Origin: Perkinsus chesapeaki ATCC PRA-425
Taxonomy: Eukaryota; Protista; Perkinsozoa
NCBI GenBank assembly: GCA_013115145.1
Contig: JAAPAO010000080.1
Location: 24,223 to 88,222 of the forward strand
Reading direction: 5' to 3'
Length of the DNA: 64,000 nt
The translations under genes and the position numbers were made by a program. The notes below the pieces were generated by a model. That model did not search any database. It was not told the DNA's origin and saw only the letters and a list, made by a program, of their open reading frames with translations. Each line of letters opens with the position of its first letter. Positions within the stretch are counted from its first letter, which is position 1. Positions 11,810 to 22,761 of this stretch are shown piece after piece.

Positions 11810-13267
11810 TTAATAGTATGGGGCACCAAAAACACATTCCTCGTACTCGAGCTGTTCGGGGGACCGTCTCTCGTCAACTCTATTGAACCGAGGATGAAAC
11901 GGCGGCTTCAGCATCTCCTTGACAGCTTCGGGTAAATTCAAGGCCTCAACTTCGGTGGTATCAGTGTACCTACTCCACACCCTCCCATTGGCCTCTCCTT
12001 AGCATTACTACCCCCTTGCATAGGCACAGGTTGCCGGGGCGTACCGTAACAGAATTGTCCTTCTGGTGTGTGGTCCCATCCACGGCAAAGTGCCATGCAG
12101 TAACGCTTCCGAGAACAACACTACATCGCCGGCCTTCATAGCTGGTTGAACCTATGAGGACTTAACTTCCCCATTGCCTATAGCCCTATTACGAGCATGT
12201 CCCGTATGGCTGGATCGACGGCATGACATATCTCAGGCGTTATGGGGAAGCTGGCTTTATGTGAGCCAGGAAGGGCTACGAAGCCTCCTGCACCTTGGGG
12301 CATATCAGTGATAGCAAATGATACTGTTATTAGACTGCATCTTATAGAGGTATTATCAACCGACCTACAACAATAATAATACCATACTTTGCCCAACAAT
12401 ATCGTAACTATTAACCCATGCTGGTCTATAATAACACTGTCCGCTCACGAACCGACAGTATAGTAGAGAGGAGGCTCCAAAGGCAAGAAGGAACAGCCTT
12501 TGATGAATATACTAAACCATTTCACCGACACCCCTCAGGAGAGTAATAACTTCAATTTGGACGGCCGCTGAATGATATTGAAGTTAAGCTTCTCGAAGGG
12601 AAGTTGAGTAAATTGAATTCGCTACATATCATAATAATAGAGCTAGTATTCGGTAAATCAAGTAAACGCTTAATGCGACCTTATAGACCGTTGCCTTACG
12701 TATATTGGACAGGATGGTTGATATCACCACAAGGTAATAACCGTCCACCGTGAAGATCGAAGCCTTCCCCTCCAGCACACTGCTGGAAAGCAAGCGGTCG
12801 ATGATCAAGCCGAAATCCCTGCACTCGTAAGATACCCATAATCTTCGCAACGGTAGCACCTCACCACACAGCTGTTCTATAACATCGATTAGCCGTGGAT
12901 GCTGTAAGAGTGCGGTGCAAAATTGTGGCCACTCTTGAGTCCAAACCTAAAGGACTCGGCGAACCAACGATAGCCCGGACTGTGAGCAACCTGCAAGATT
13001 TTGCCATAGTCTGATCGACCAGAATCCCCTTTGAAAAAATCACTATGTGCTGTGGTGACAGCCGTGCCGCGTGTAACGAAATGAGACGAGTATCTAATAC
13101 CACTAGGGTACTTCAATGATAACACTTCTTGCCTACTTATCAAACAAACCATTTACCTTGAATATTTGGTCGTCGGATAATATATTGCGAAGCACTATGA
13201 ACCCACAGCTATCAAAGATCATCCGCTCCGTGACGGAGAGTCCACCTGGGGGAGCCACCGGTACCAT
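11810..13267 (-). CDS. PhyH/phytanoyl-CoA-dioxygenase-fold Fe(II)/2-oxoglutarate enzyme; apparent +1 frameshift at 12080-12082
   Basis: Motifs: FDSCGFIVLRNILS, GFRLDH..EGFDLHGG, ITVSFAITDMPQGAGGFVALPGSHK, MKAGDVVLFSEALLHGTLPW. In the +1 frame it continues MGPHTRRTILLRYAP.. and ends VFGAPYY* (TAA 11810-11812). Start ATG at 13267. Confidence 0.8.
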
Positions 13268-13654
13268 TCCTTGGATTACAACTAGTACTGCGGCCAACTA
13301 GCCCATAACGCAACCGGATCTATTTATTGATAGTAGTTGTTAAAACCTGGTATAGGGATATCAGCCATAGGCCGAAATGGTGGGAAAAATAAGGTATAAA
13401 GGTTACCTTGAAATGCATGCTGCAACGCATAAGACCATGGTTACTAGCCGTTTAACAATCAGAAAATTACAACCAGGAGAGAACCTGTATAACCGTTGCT
13501 AGGATCCTACACCGTAAATCATAAATGGCAATGTTACTGACACGTCCAAACGTGTCGAAATAAACCCATGGGAAATAGTGATACGCCGATGCCATTACTG
13601 TTACTTATAGTAACCGAGGACTACAACAAATAGACCTAGATCGGGACGCTATAA

Positions 13655-14362
13655 CTATGCAGCGGGCTTATCAACAACCGCATTGTTGTATTGCATACTT
13701 GAAAATAGCCTCAGGCATTGAAGCAGATCTTGTATGTCATCATTTGTACTTCCAGAAGTCGTTGATGGTGTACTGAAGCCTCCTTCAAACTTGCTGCTTG
13801 TTGAGTCGTCTTGAACCACTGGTGCAGAGTTCCTTCGACGACCTTCGATGGGACCTTGAACGCCTCCCTTGCGGGGCGGCGGAAGGGCTGAGGATGTAGG
13901 AGGGTTTGGAAGAAGTCCGAGATTTGTGGAACCTCGGCCTGACGATAAGATTCGATACTGGTTTTCAAAATATGCCGAGTAGGGGTCGCTGGTTTGCCCG
14001 ACAGCATTGCTTGGCGTAATATTAGCATCATAAGCATCAATAAAAGTATCCTTAGTGCCAACAGCCAATCTGAGCTCATCTAAGGTGTGAGCAAATGAGC
14101 ATTTAGGATTGGAGCAACCGGGTTTAATGCATAATTTGGTTTTGGTAAGGTCCGGCTTCATGTTAAGCTCGTCTACTGAATGAGCAAAGGCGCACAACGG
14201 ACCATGTAAGCAGCGGCCTCTAATGTAATATTTGCAGACTTGGGTCTTGTACATACGTTTCTTGATACCAGACCACTCCTTGGAGACATCAGCCAGGCCA
14301 ACCTCGGTATCATCGAAAGTACCACAGGAACCTCCATATGATGGACTCATGGTGTGAGACAT
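13655..14362 (-). CDS. Tandem CCCH zinc-finger RNA-binding protein (TIS11/tristetraprolin-like), intronless
   Basis: YKTQVCKYYIRGRCLHGPLCAFAH and TKTKLCIKPGCSNPKCSFAH. The likely start is MSHTMSPS at 14362; the ORF track extends to 14749, which is probably 5' UTR. Confidence 0.87.
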   Translation of the reverse strand: MSHTMSPSYGGSCGTFDDTEVGLADVSKEWSGIKKRMYKTQVCKYYIRGRCLHGPLCAFAHSVDELNMKPDLTKTKLCIKPGCSNPKCSFAHTLDELRLAVGTKDTFIDAYDANITPSNAVGQTSDPYSAYFENQYRILSSGRGSTNLGLLPNPPTSSALPPPRKGGVQGPIEGRRRNSAPVVQDDSTSSKFEGGFSTPSTTSGSTNDDIQDLLQCLRLFSSMQYNNAVVDKPAA

Positions 14363-16289
14363 AATGGTGGATTGAAAATTAGGCTGTGACCCCGCCTCAG
14401 ACTGTGACACGGTTACGGTCACGTCTAGTGGCGACGGCGCACAAGTGTGCGCGTGTAATCTCCACCGGCAGCCGATCACAAGCACAGTCTTGGAATAAAG
14501 ATGATACACCGGGCCACCCTTTCTACTGTATAGGGTAGAATGCGCGAATGAAATATGGGCGATAGCCCTTTGATGACCAATTTTCATGTACCGTGACGGC
14601 GCTGGGAGAGCTGTCTCGTCTCCACTAAACCGGAAGCCGCTGGTTTTTGAAGGAACAGGTATGACCATGATTTCGCCTATCCGCTGCGCGAAAACATTGG
14701 CGGTCAGGAAGTACCACGTATGAAACACAGAGGTAAGGTTAAATACCAAGAGATTTAGAAAAATGAGGGTTTTTTGGGGAACATATCGCCACCAGATTCA
14801 CGAGGGATCCCCCTAGCCGGTGGATACAGCGCGGATGGCTCAGTGATCCTTCTTAATTTACCCTGGGCCGATAAACTCGCTGACTACAGTAGCACTTAGT
14901 GACGTACTGAAGTCCTTAGAGAAGTATCTGCCAGGCCTGATCTGAAGACTGCGTATTTACCCAAATCTCTTGGCCCTTGATCGCACGTTCGTTTGTGATA
15001 TTGTGAGCGATTCGGACTGCGTGCGTTAATTTTCTCGCGCGCCATATCGTTCATCAGCGGAGCCGCACAATCCCACGTCCGGCCCCACTTAGGAAAATTA
15101 ATACTCAATAGGACACAATTTGACGATAAGTGACGCCCAGAGACCGATGTCACAAGCGTCCTAATTAAGGACTGAAATGATAAGGCAATTTCAGAATAGA
15201 TCGCGTTCATTAGGGGCCCTCCCCTTGTGGGTTTGGCTAGGATGTTGAGACATTAGGAACTGAAACTAAAGATGTACAGGAGGAGACGACTCACTACGTT
15301 GCGCCGAACAGTTGCTGGTTCGAAACTCGGTGAATTTGTTTTTAAACGATTTTTTTGCGTTGCAGAAAAACATTGATTAGAAGCGCTTTATGCGAAGTTT
15401 GGACTCCCCTAAAAGCCGGCGTAATATCCTGCTTTCGCAAGCTCTGGGGTGAGCGGTTGCATGCCATACCTAATAGAATCAGCCGTCTAGTAACACAGTG
15501 TATGGAGGAGTCCACCGTTGACCTCGTTGATAAGGCCACTGAGCCAACAGCAGCCTTTTAGTCAGTCGATAAACGGGATGGCGGGGACTCCTCTACGACA
15601 ACAGATGACAAATTACTGCCGTGTGGACCTTTTGCTTGTTATATACCCTCTTTTTGGCTGTTGGCTGCTTCGACCACCTGTTGAGTACATTACCTCTTTA
15701 CAGGCTAGCTCCGTGACCTATCCCCATGTCATTGATCAATTGGGCTGCAGTGCGCTCAGAAGGCATTACCGTTCCCTATTGAAACATATATCGATTTCTT
15801 CCAGCTCTCTATAGAGAACTTCTTTTGTTGTAGTTAACTCTATTCTGGATTTACTTGGTCATATTGCAAATTAATCTAGTTACATTCGTAAATTATTATT
15901 GATGAATTTCAAATCAATTTCTACAATCAACAACAATCGTTGTAATATCCTCTCTCCAAATCGTTCCCAGTATTATCGACGGCTTCCAAAAGGGTATCTC
16001 GTAATCTCATTCTACCGTCACGAGCTACCCCCCAACTGGTACCAAATCGCTCAGCTGTCATAGGACATGTCCTGCCCTCGACAACCACAACAACCACTAA
16101 TTACCTTTATATATCATCAACCCCGTAGAAGGTAGCGTGAAGTTACATAGAGGAAAGTACAGTAGTTGAACGGCTGCCAGGCGGCGCTAATAATTGTCGA
16201 TGACTAGCACGGAGGGGGTGCTACATACGCCCTGGCGTAGTAATAATAGGTGTAGTATTGCCGTTGTAAGTTTTATAGTGTTTCATATT

Positions 16290-16976
16290 ATGTCTGATCC
16301 CTCATCCACAGCAACACCAGCTGCTGCTTCGCCCTCCTCAGCTGAGCAGCCGCCTGATCGTGTGTCCCCTCCCCCTACCAAAATGGACGATACAATCGAC
16401 ATTTTCCTGCGCCCCGAGTACCGTCATTTGACGTTCGTTAATAAGGAACAGGCCGAATATACCAACCTGTCCTACTGGCAGCGGATCAAGATGAACCCGC
16501 AAGTCATCTTCGAGTCCTGCCTAGGTCGTGCCGTGTCCTCCTACGTCATGGGCGGTGCTCTCGGGCTCCTCATGGGCGGCTTCTTTCACACAATGCAGCC
16601 TATCGATGTCGATACTACTCTGCCGTTCCGTCAGCAGGTTCGTCAGGCATATAAAGGATTTGGGGAGGCATCAGTGTCGATGGCTAAGGGATTCGCAGTG
16701 GTAGTATTCGGGGGAGGCTGGCTTCGCATTTAACTTTTCGATTGACGTCTTTTTTAGTGTGGCGCCGTTTATTCCGGGGTTGATTGTTTCGTGGAACGTG
16801 CCAGAGGGTCTCACGATCTTAATAATTCTATTTATGCTGGTTGCCTAACAGGCGCCGCTCTGGCCTACAAGGGAGGCCCTCAAGCCATGGCTATGGGCTG
16901 CGCTGGCTTTGCAGCCTTCTCCATTGTGATAGACTCCTTTATGTCCACTGGTGACAAAGATGTGCATAAATGGTAA
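16290..16976 (+). CDS. TIM22: Mitochondrial inner-membrane translocase Tim17/Tim22/Tim23 family, most like Tim22
   Basis: [32 protein letters not shown]|[55 protein letters not shown]. One intron at ~16701-16757. Confidence 0.85.
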
Positions 16977-17229
16977 TGTACAGTTGTTGTTGTTATTCTT
17001 CACACACTGCTATTGTTTCTGTGCAATATTACTGACACCACCTCTAGTAACAGCAGCATTGTTTCTCCTTATCACTTTATCAGGATTGTTGAGTTAAGCC
17101 ATCAATGATGGCCCATCATTTACTCTTACACAACATATTAATAATATCACAACGACGACAACATTCGTAAATGGTCAAATTCCGATGATAACGATAAACA
17201 TGTTAACGACGATTCATGATTACGATTAG

Positions 17230-18988
17230 GGAAAGGCTGCTTCTTCGATCTTACCACCGTTCCGGGACACCATCCCTGCGGGGACCAGATAATCTGAGGC
17301 CGGGAAAATACGGCGCGGATCGGTGCCGCCTGTATTACGATTGATCAGAATCACTACTAAGTCGACGATTATGTCCATGACTACAAGGAGGCCCACTGGG
17401 CTTCACCGACACGGGAACGGATACTGGGGCGAAACGGGCACCCTGACAGAAGGACAGGATGCGACAGACAGGACTTCAGGGGCTTACCACACATAATTCG
17501 GAAATCAACTGTCGACGGTTTGCTGCTTTCTGTCGTGAAGCTCGAAGAGATTTGCGGCTCTGGGCCGGAAAGATTCATTTGAGGTTGATATACAACTCAT
17601 TACCTTGGCCTCCTTTGTCATCTGGAATTCTTTTGCTATATCCATGGCTTGGTCAAAACAGCCACATATGTGTGACATTTCCAACAGTTGTGGTACTGTC
17701 GCATTTTTAAGCCGCGCTATTGTATTGCACATCTTAAATAAATACTACACAGAGCCGTCATTGTTCCTACACACCTGTCGTAGTCTTTGATCTTCCCTGA
17801 AGCAATCGGATATAATTGCCTTCAAACGGGCTCGTCCAGCTTCTCCTAAGCGGACCTTAGCCTCCCCTGCTCCTGCTACTGCGGCTCGAGATGAGGCGCT
17901 TGTCCCCTATATCCAATCGATGACCGATTCCCAGTGCCTTAAATTGCTTCTTACCTCGTTCGCATCGCTGCAGGGCGTCGAATTGGTTCTGAGTGGTAGT
18001 CTCAGAGGAGCCTGTTGATGGAGCATAGATGAATCAAGTACGGCAAGGCATACCTTAGACTTCGCCCGCGATTCGAATGCTTTCAAGTCGTCGATGAATT
18101 CGTCCAATTCGCTTGGCAATTGTGACGTTTCCTCTTCATCTCGGTGAACTAAGGGAACGGTGAGGTAGTGAAGCGGTGCTTAGGGTGGTGCAACAAGGGT
18201 ACCAGGGAATCCCAGTGGATTCTCTATGCCAGCTGTGCGGCGTGGGGATTCATGTCGAATAGCTAAGAGACTTGTGATGACGGGAGAGGCGTCTCTCTTA
18301 CACAGGGAAGGGAAAAGGTTACCCCACTGGTGGCTCAAAGGGCTTCCTGCTGAGAAAACTTCGTCAAGGGCCGAGCTCCGCGGGGTAGAGAGGGACAGAG
18401 GGACCTATTCAAATCTCACCGTAAACCTCACCGATGATCATCGCCCACCTCCCCGACTTCGGGGAATAACGCCAAACGAAGGTAGCTGGAGCTGTCCAGC
18501 TCATGGCCGGACATCGACGAAGAGGAAGCAGTAACAGTTCTGGTGGAACTCGGGCTGCAAAACGTGTCGTTTCCAGGGGACGTTCGCTGTCTTTTCGTAT
18601 CTAGTTCGAGGCCACGGTGCCGAATGGTCGATAGAGCACGCGTTACTTGGTTCCCCTAGTGGGCAGGCGCTCGATTGGGATGTGGCGCTCGATGTATCTA
18701 ATAAGGAGATAGATCGAATTAGTGTCCAGGATAGCAAGCAGAAGTAGGGAATAAACTTGTCATGACCGGGGATCGACCCATAGACCTCTAACGAGACAGC
18801 CGTAACCCCTAACCATGTCCCCACGCAATCCCTTGCGTGCGCACGTACTTTGAGTTGACTGTAGTGTAGCCAATGCGGACAGTATAGCGGTTGGCCTAAA
18901 ATCCACAGAGCTCTGCAACAAAACTTTAAAGGCCTTACCGGGATGGCTCCATTCGGCTGAGTAGCGATTCTATGGGCACTTGTGACAT
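17230..18988 (-). CDS. Hypothetical alpha-helical protein (multi-exon)
   Basis: Exon-like ORFs 18501-19109 (in part), 17907-18119 (ELDEFIDDLKAFESRAKSK), 17505-17732 (PQLLEMSHICGCFDQAMDIAKEFQMTKEAK) and 17381-17578, with GT-AG junctions. No family assigned. Confidence 0.42.
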
Positions 18989-19180
18989 TCCAAGGACAAT
19001 CACCACTTGCTGTTTTTGAGCCGTCAAACGCGCTCGTCCCAATAATCGGTACGAACGCCCCTCCTCCTTCACCAGCGTAGTGGTCGTGATGCTGCTGAGC
19101 AGTGTTCACACCGATGGACGCGGTTTTGTTAGACTGTTAGTTTACTTTGGGGCGGTGCCCTTTTCTTTTTATCACTCTGA

Positions 19181-22113
19181 ATGAGCGGCGGCGGCCCCCA
19201 GCCGCCTTTTAACAGGCAATTCTCGGCGTCATCGACAACTGGGACGGACAATGTCACACAACAACAGCAGGAGGCACCAGACCAACAACAACCACCACGA
19301 GATAACCTCAATCGGTCTATATCACAGCAAATGAATACCAACAGCCAACAGCAGCAACAACAACAACCTGGGTGCTACTATCCCCCGCCTCCACCGCAGG
19401 GTTTTACTGGTAGCTCCGACATTGGGGTAGGATATCCAGCCACTCCCGGTGGTGTCTATGCTATGCCTACTAATAGTGGAGGGCATTTCATAATGGCACC
19501 TTACCCTATGGGAGCCTATGGACCTGGGAATGGTATGATGGCCGGCGGCCAGGTGATGGGAAACATGTTGCCTAATAATGCTGGACAACAACAACAACAG
19601 CAACAAGGTGGAGGAGGACGTGGATTCCGTCCTAGGGGAGGGATGCAACAACAACAGCAACAGAGTAGTATAGGGGGTAGCAGCTCAGGGCTGACTGCAG
19701 TTGGGCGGTGGTGTCAGGATCGCATCATAGGCGGGGCGGGGCTGGTGGTACTAACAACAGGCAATTAGTACACTTTGATGAAGGCTTGGCTGCCACAGAG
19801 GAAGTGGATCGTGCTATTGTAGCGGCCCTAAAGCAGCCCCAACATAGACGTCTTCTGCTTGAAGTGGAACCAGCCATACGGAGGATGGTGAGCCTGCGTA
19901 CTGTTGATGATGAGAGTAACTGAGCCTAACGGCAGATCACTGATACCGACTCCGAGCGTCTCAAGCTGACAAATCCTTTGGGAAAGTACCAGAGGATGCT
20001 CATCCACAAACTCGGTGACTACTTCAGGTGAGCTCTTTTGATGCCCCCAGATGCTCATTGTTGTTTTTGACTCAGGATGGACCGTGAAGTTGACTACTCT
20101 AATGGATCGGATATGAGCACTGTGACGTTAGTACGCACCCAGCACACCCATGTGCCTAATACGATCCTGGAAGAGCTATGCCGTAGCGCCATGGAACTGG
20201 CGGAGATGGAGGAAAGCGGAAAGCCGTGGCCGTTCGTAACTAGGCAACATCATCAACAACAAGAAGCAGAGGAGGCAAGCGAACAGCAGCAGGTCACGGC
20301 TCACTCGGATGAAGGGGCCCAGTGTGAGGTACGGTATTCGGCTTTGTTCCTGTGTGATGGGATTCTCAGGGCGGCGTAGACTCGAGCGGCGATAACCAAG
20401 TTGGTGAAGGCGGCGGCCGCGGCACTTGCAGTGAGGGAGATGCTTATGGCGGTGAAGCTAGGGGTGCTAGCTTGGTGAGAGAAGGGAAGTCCACAACAGA
20501 GACGTCGGCAAAGCGTGGACATGGGTTAAAGATTTTACGCCGAGGCCCGGGGTCAAAGAACAGGAATGTCCGGCCAAGCAGGGCGACTGACGAATCCTCG
20601 AGTGATGAGGGCGGGAAGCACTCGGAGGCGATTCTTTTACATAACCTGCCGGTAAGATACGCGAAAGGTTGATTGAGGTACCTTGTCTCTTAGGTTGATC
20701 AACGCGAAGAACATTACAACAAGATACGTGCCCAGATATTCGAGAAGGAGGACAGCACTCCGTTGCCGAGCGGCAACCAGGACGCCGGTGTCGCCACGTC
20801 ATCGATGCATGACGGTGGCCGAAAGCACATCCCTAAGGGAACCGATCTGGACGATCCGGAGTACCATATCCGTAGCGAGCCTCGTGGCGACTTTAATTAT
20901 CCTTATTAGTTACAACCGGCAAGCAGTGTCAATTATATCACAGCTTGGTCGAGTGCAGCAGGCTCCACCCACGATGCTTACTGATCCGGCAGCTTATAAT
21001 GCAGCCTTCCCAGCACTTGGTGGTGCAGGAGGAGGAGGGGGGCTCGGAGTACTGCCACCACCGCAACAAGATGAAGATAGAAGACGAGATGTTCGAAGAG
21101 GAGGAGGAGGAGGCAAGAAGCAACAACAACAATATAGGCAACAACAGCAGCAGCAACAGCAGCAGCAGGTTAAGCCGTACAGTGGTAGTGCGCCACCGCC
21201 GATGTCACCTTATTCCCATGGTATGCTTCCACCGTCTATGGTGCCTATGCAGCATGGTGGAGGGGCAGGCGGCGGTGACTCTAGTGGGGGCGGCGCGAGC
21301 TCTCATGGTTCTAATGCTGATGCAGCTACGATCGCAGCCTTCCAGCAAGGCTATATTGCGGCCACTATGGCAGCAGCAGCGGCGGCCCAGCAACAGGGGG
21401 TTGTGTGGAACCCGATGCAGGGCGCTGCTGCTGCGGCGGCGGCGGTGCAGTTCCAATACCAACAACAGGAAGGAGGAGGGGGCAGTCTGTTGCCTAATCC
21501 CGGAGGGGGTACTCCTCCTAAATTCCCCGGCTACTTTCAAGGTGGCATGCTGCCACAGCAACAGATGGAGAGCGGCCCGTGGGGATCTAATACGGCAGGA
21601 TCGCCTAGGAGGGGTGCTAGAGGCAGTGCCAACAACAACACTAGGCACGGCAGTTTTCATGGTGGGCATAGAGGGAGAGGCAGTGGTGGTGCCAGCTCCC
21701 ACGGGTCAGCAGCAGGAGGAGGCAAGAAGGCTTTTAATGAAGGTGCTAGGAACGTGACAGGGCAGCAGCAGCAGCAGCACCTGGCTGGTGGGCAGCACGG
21801 CAATGACCAGCAACGCCAGACTAGACAGCAGCAGCAGCAGCAGCAGCGGCTCAACGGCTTGGGATCCTCCCAAGGTAGTGATTTGGGACCATACGAGGAT
21901 CCAACAGCTGGGCCAACGACGACGACGGCCACACACCAAGCAATGGCTTATGGTCAGTTCGGTGTTGGCAACAATAGGGGGGCCATACAGCAGCAAGTGC
22001 ATCAGCAGCAGCAGGCTACCAATGTAGCTGCTGCCGAAAAGGCCGATGTCAATACAGCTGCTGCTGGGGAATCAACAGCGACCACCGCTGCCGATAACAA
22101 ATGCAACAACTAG
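19181..22113 (+). CDS. R3H + SUZ domain RNA-binding protein (R3HDM/ARPP21/Encore-like) with Q/G-rich prion-like regions
   Basis: R3H motif LGKYQRMLIHKLGDYF (~19977-20027); SUZ motifs LKILRR (~20525) and REEHYNKIRAQIF (~20703-20742); polyQ and polyG tracts at both ends; TAG at 22111-22113. Confidence 0.85.
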
Positions 22114-22502
22114 TATACGGTGGGGGAAGGACGGGGGCGATGATGCAATGACGGTGGACACGAAGGTTTTTCTATCTCCCTCCTGCTCCCTCGGGACAAT
22201 GTAGCCTTTTGTCCATGAGGCTGCTGCAGAGGAGTGTATCTGAGGCTGCAGGTGATAGCTTCTTCTTCCGCCTGTTATTGCCGACCACCCCTATTTCCCC
22301 GTCCACCCTCATCAGCTACTTCAGTGGTTGCTGTTGCTGTTGTTGTTGGCATTGTCATCTTCTTGAACAGTAAATATGTACTATAGGCTAGTTAATAGTT
22401 AACAATCCCCTCCGCCTCCGCCCCTCTCCGTCTCCATCATCTCACCTGCCTCTGATGCAGATCCTGTTGCGGGTATGATGATGTGCATACGGTTCTTCGA
22501 CG

Positions 22503-22620
22503 ATGCTGCTGCTACTACTACTACTGGTACTGATGCTGCTGCTACTACTGGTACTGATGCTGCTGCTACTACTGATGATTATAATGATGCTGCTGGTACT
22601 GGTGGTGGTGGTGGTGTTTG
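22503..22620. repeat. Imperfect trinucleotide repeat array (CTG/CTA/GTG) with a duplicated ~30-nt unit
   Basis: Directly visible: gatgctgctgctactactactactggtactgatgctgctgctactactggtactgatgctgctgctactactgatg ... ggtggtggtggtg. Confidence 0.85.
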
Positions 22621-22761
22621 AGACATATAATTGCACCATCCCTTCCGCCGCCTCCGCCCCATTGATATTATTAACCAACTTATCCCTTAACTCTGTTACT
22701 AGTGTTCTCTTGTCAATACCACAAAGTAATCGCTCGTGCTGCCATCGCTGTAGACAGCAGT

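Noticed and set aside
14363-14749. 129-codon upstream extension of the CCCH ORF
   Set aside because: It starts at a non-ATG codon, looks compositionally random and lies in the expected promoter/5' UTR. The ATG at 14362 is the more plausible start.
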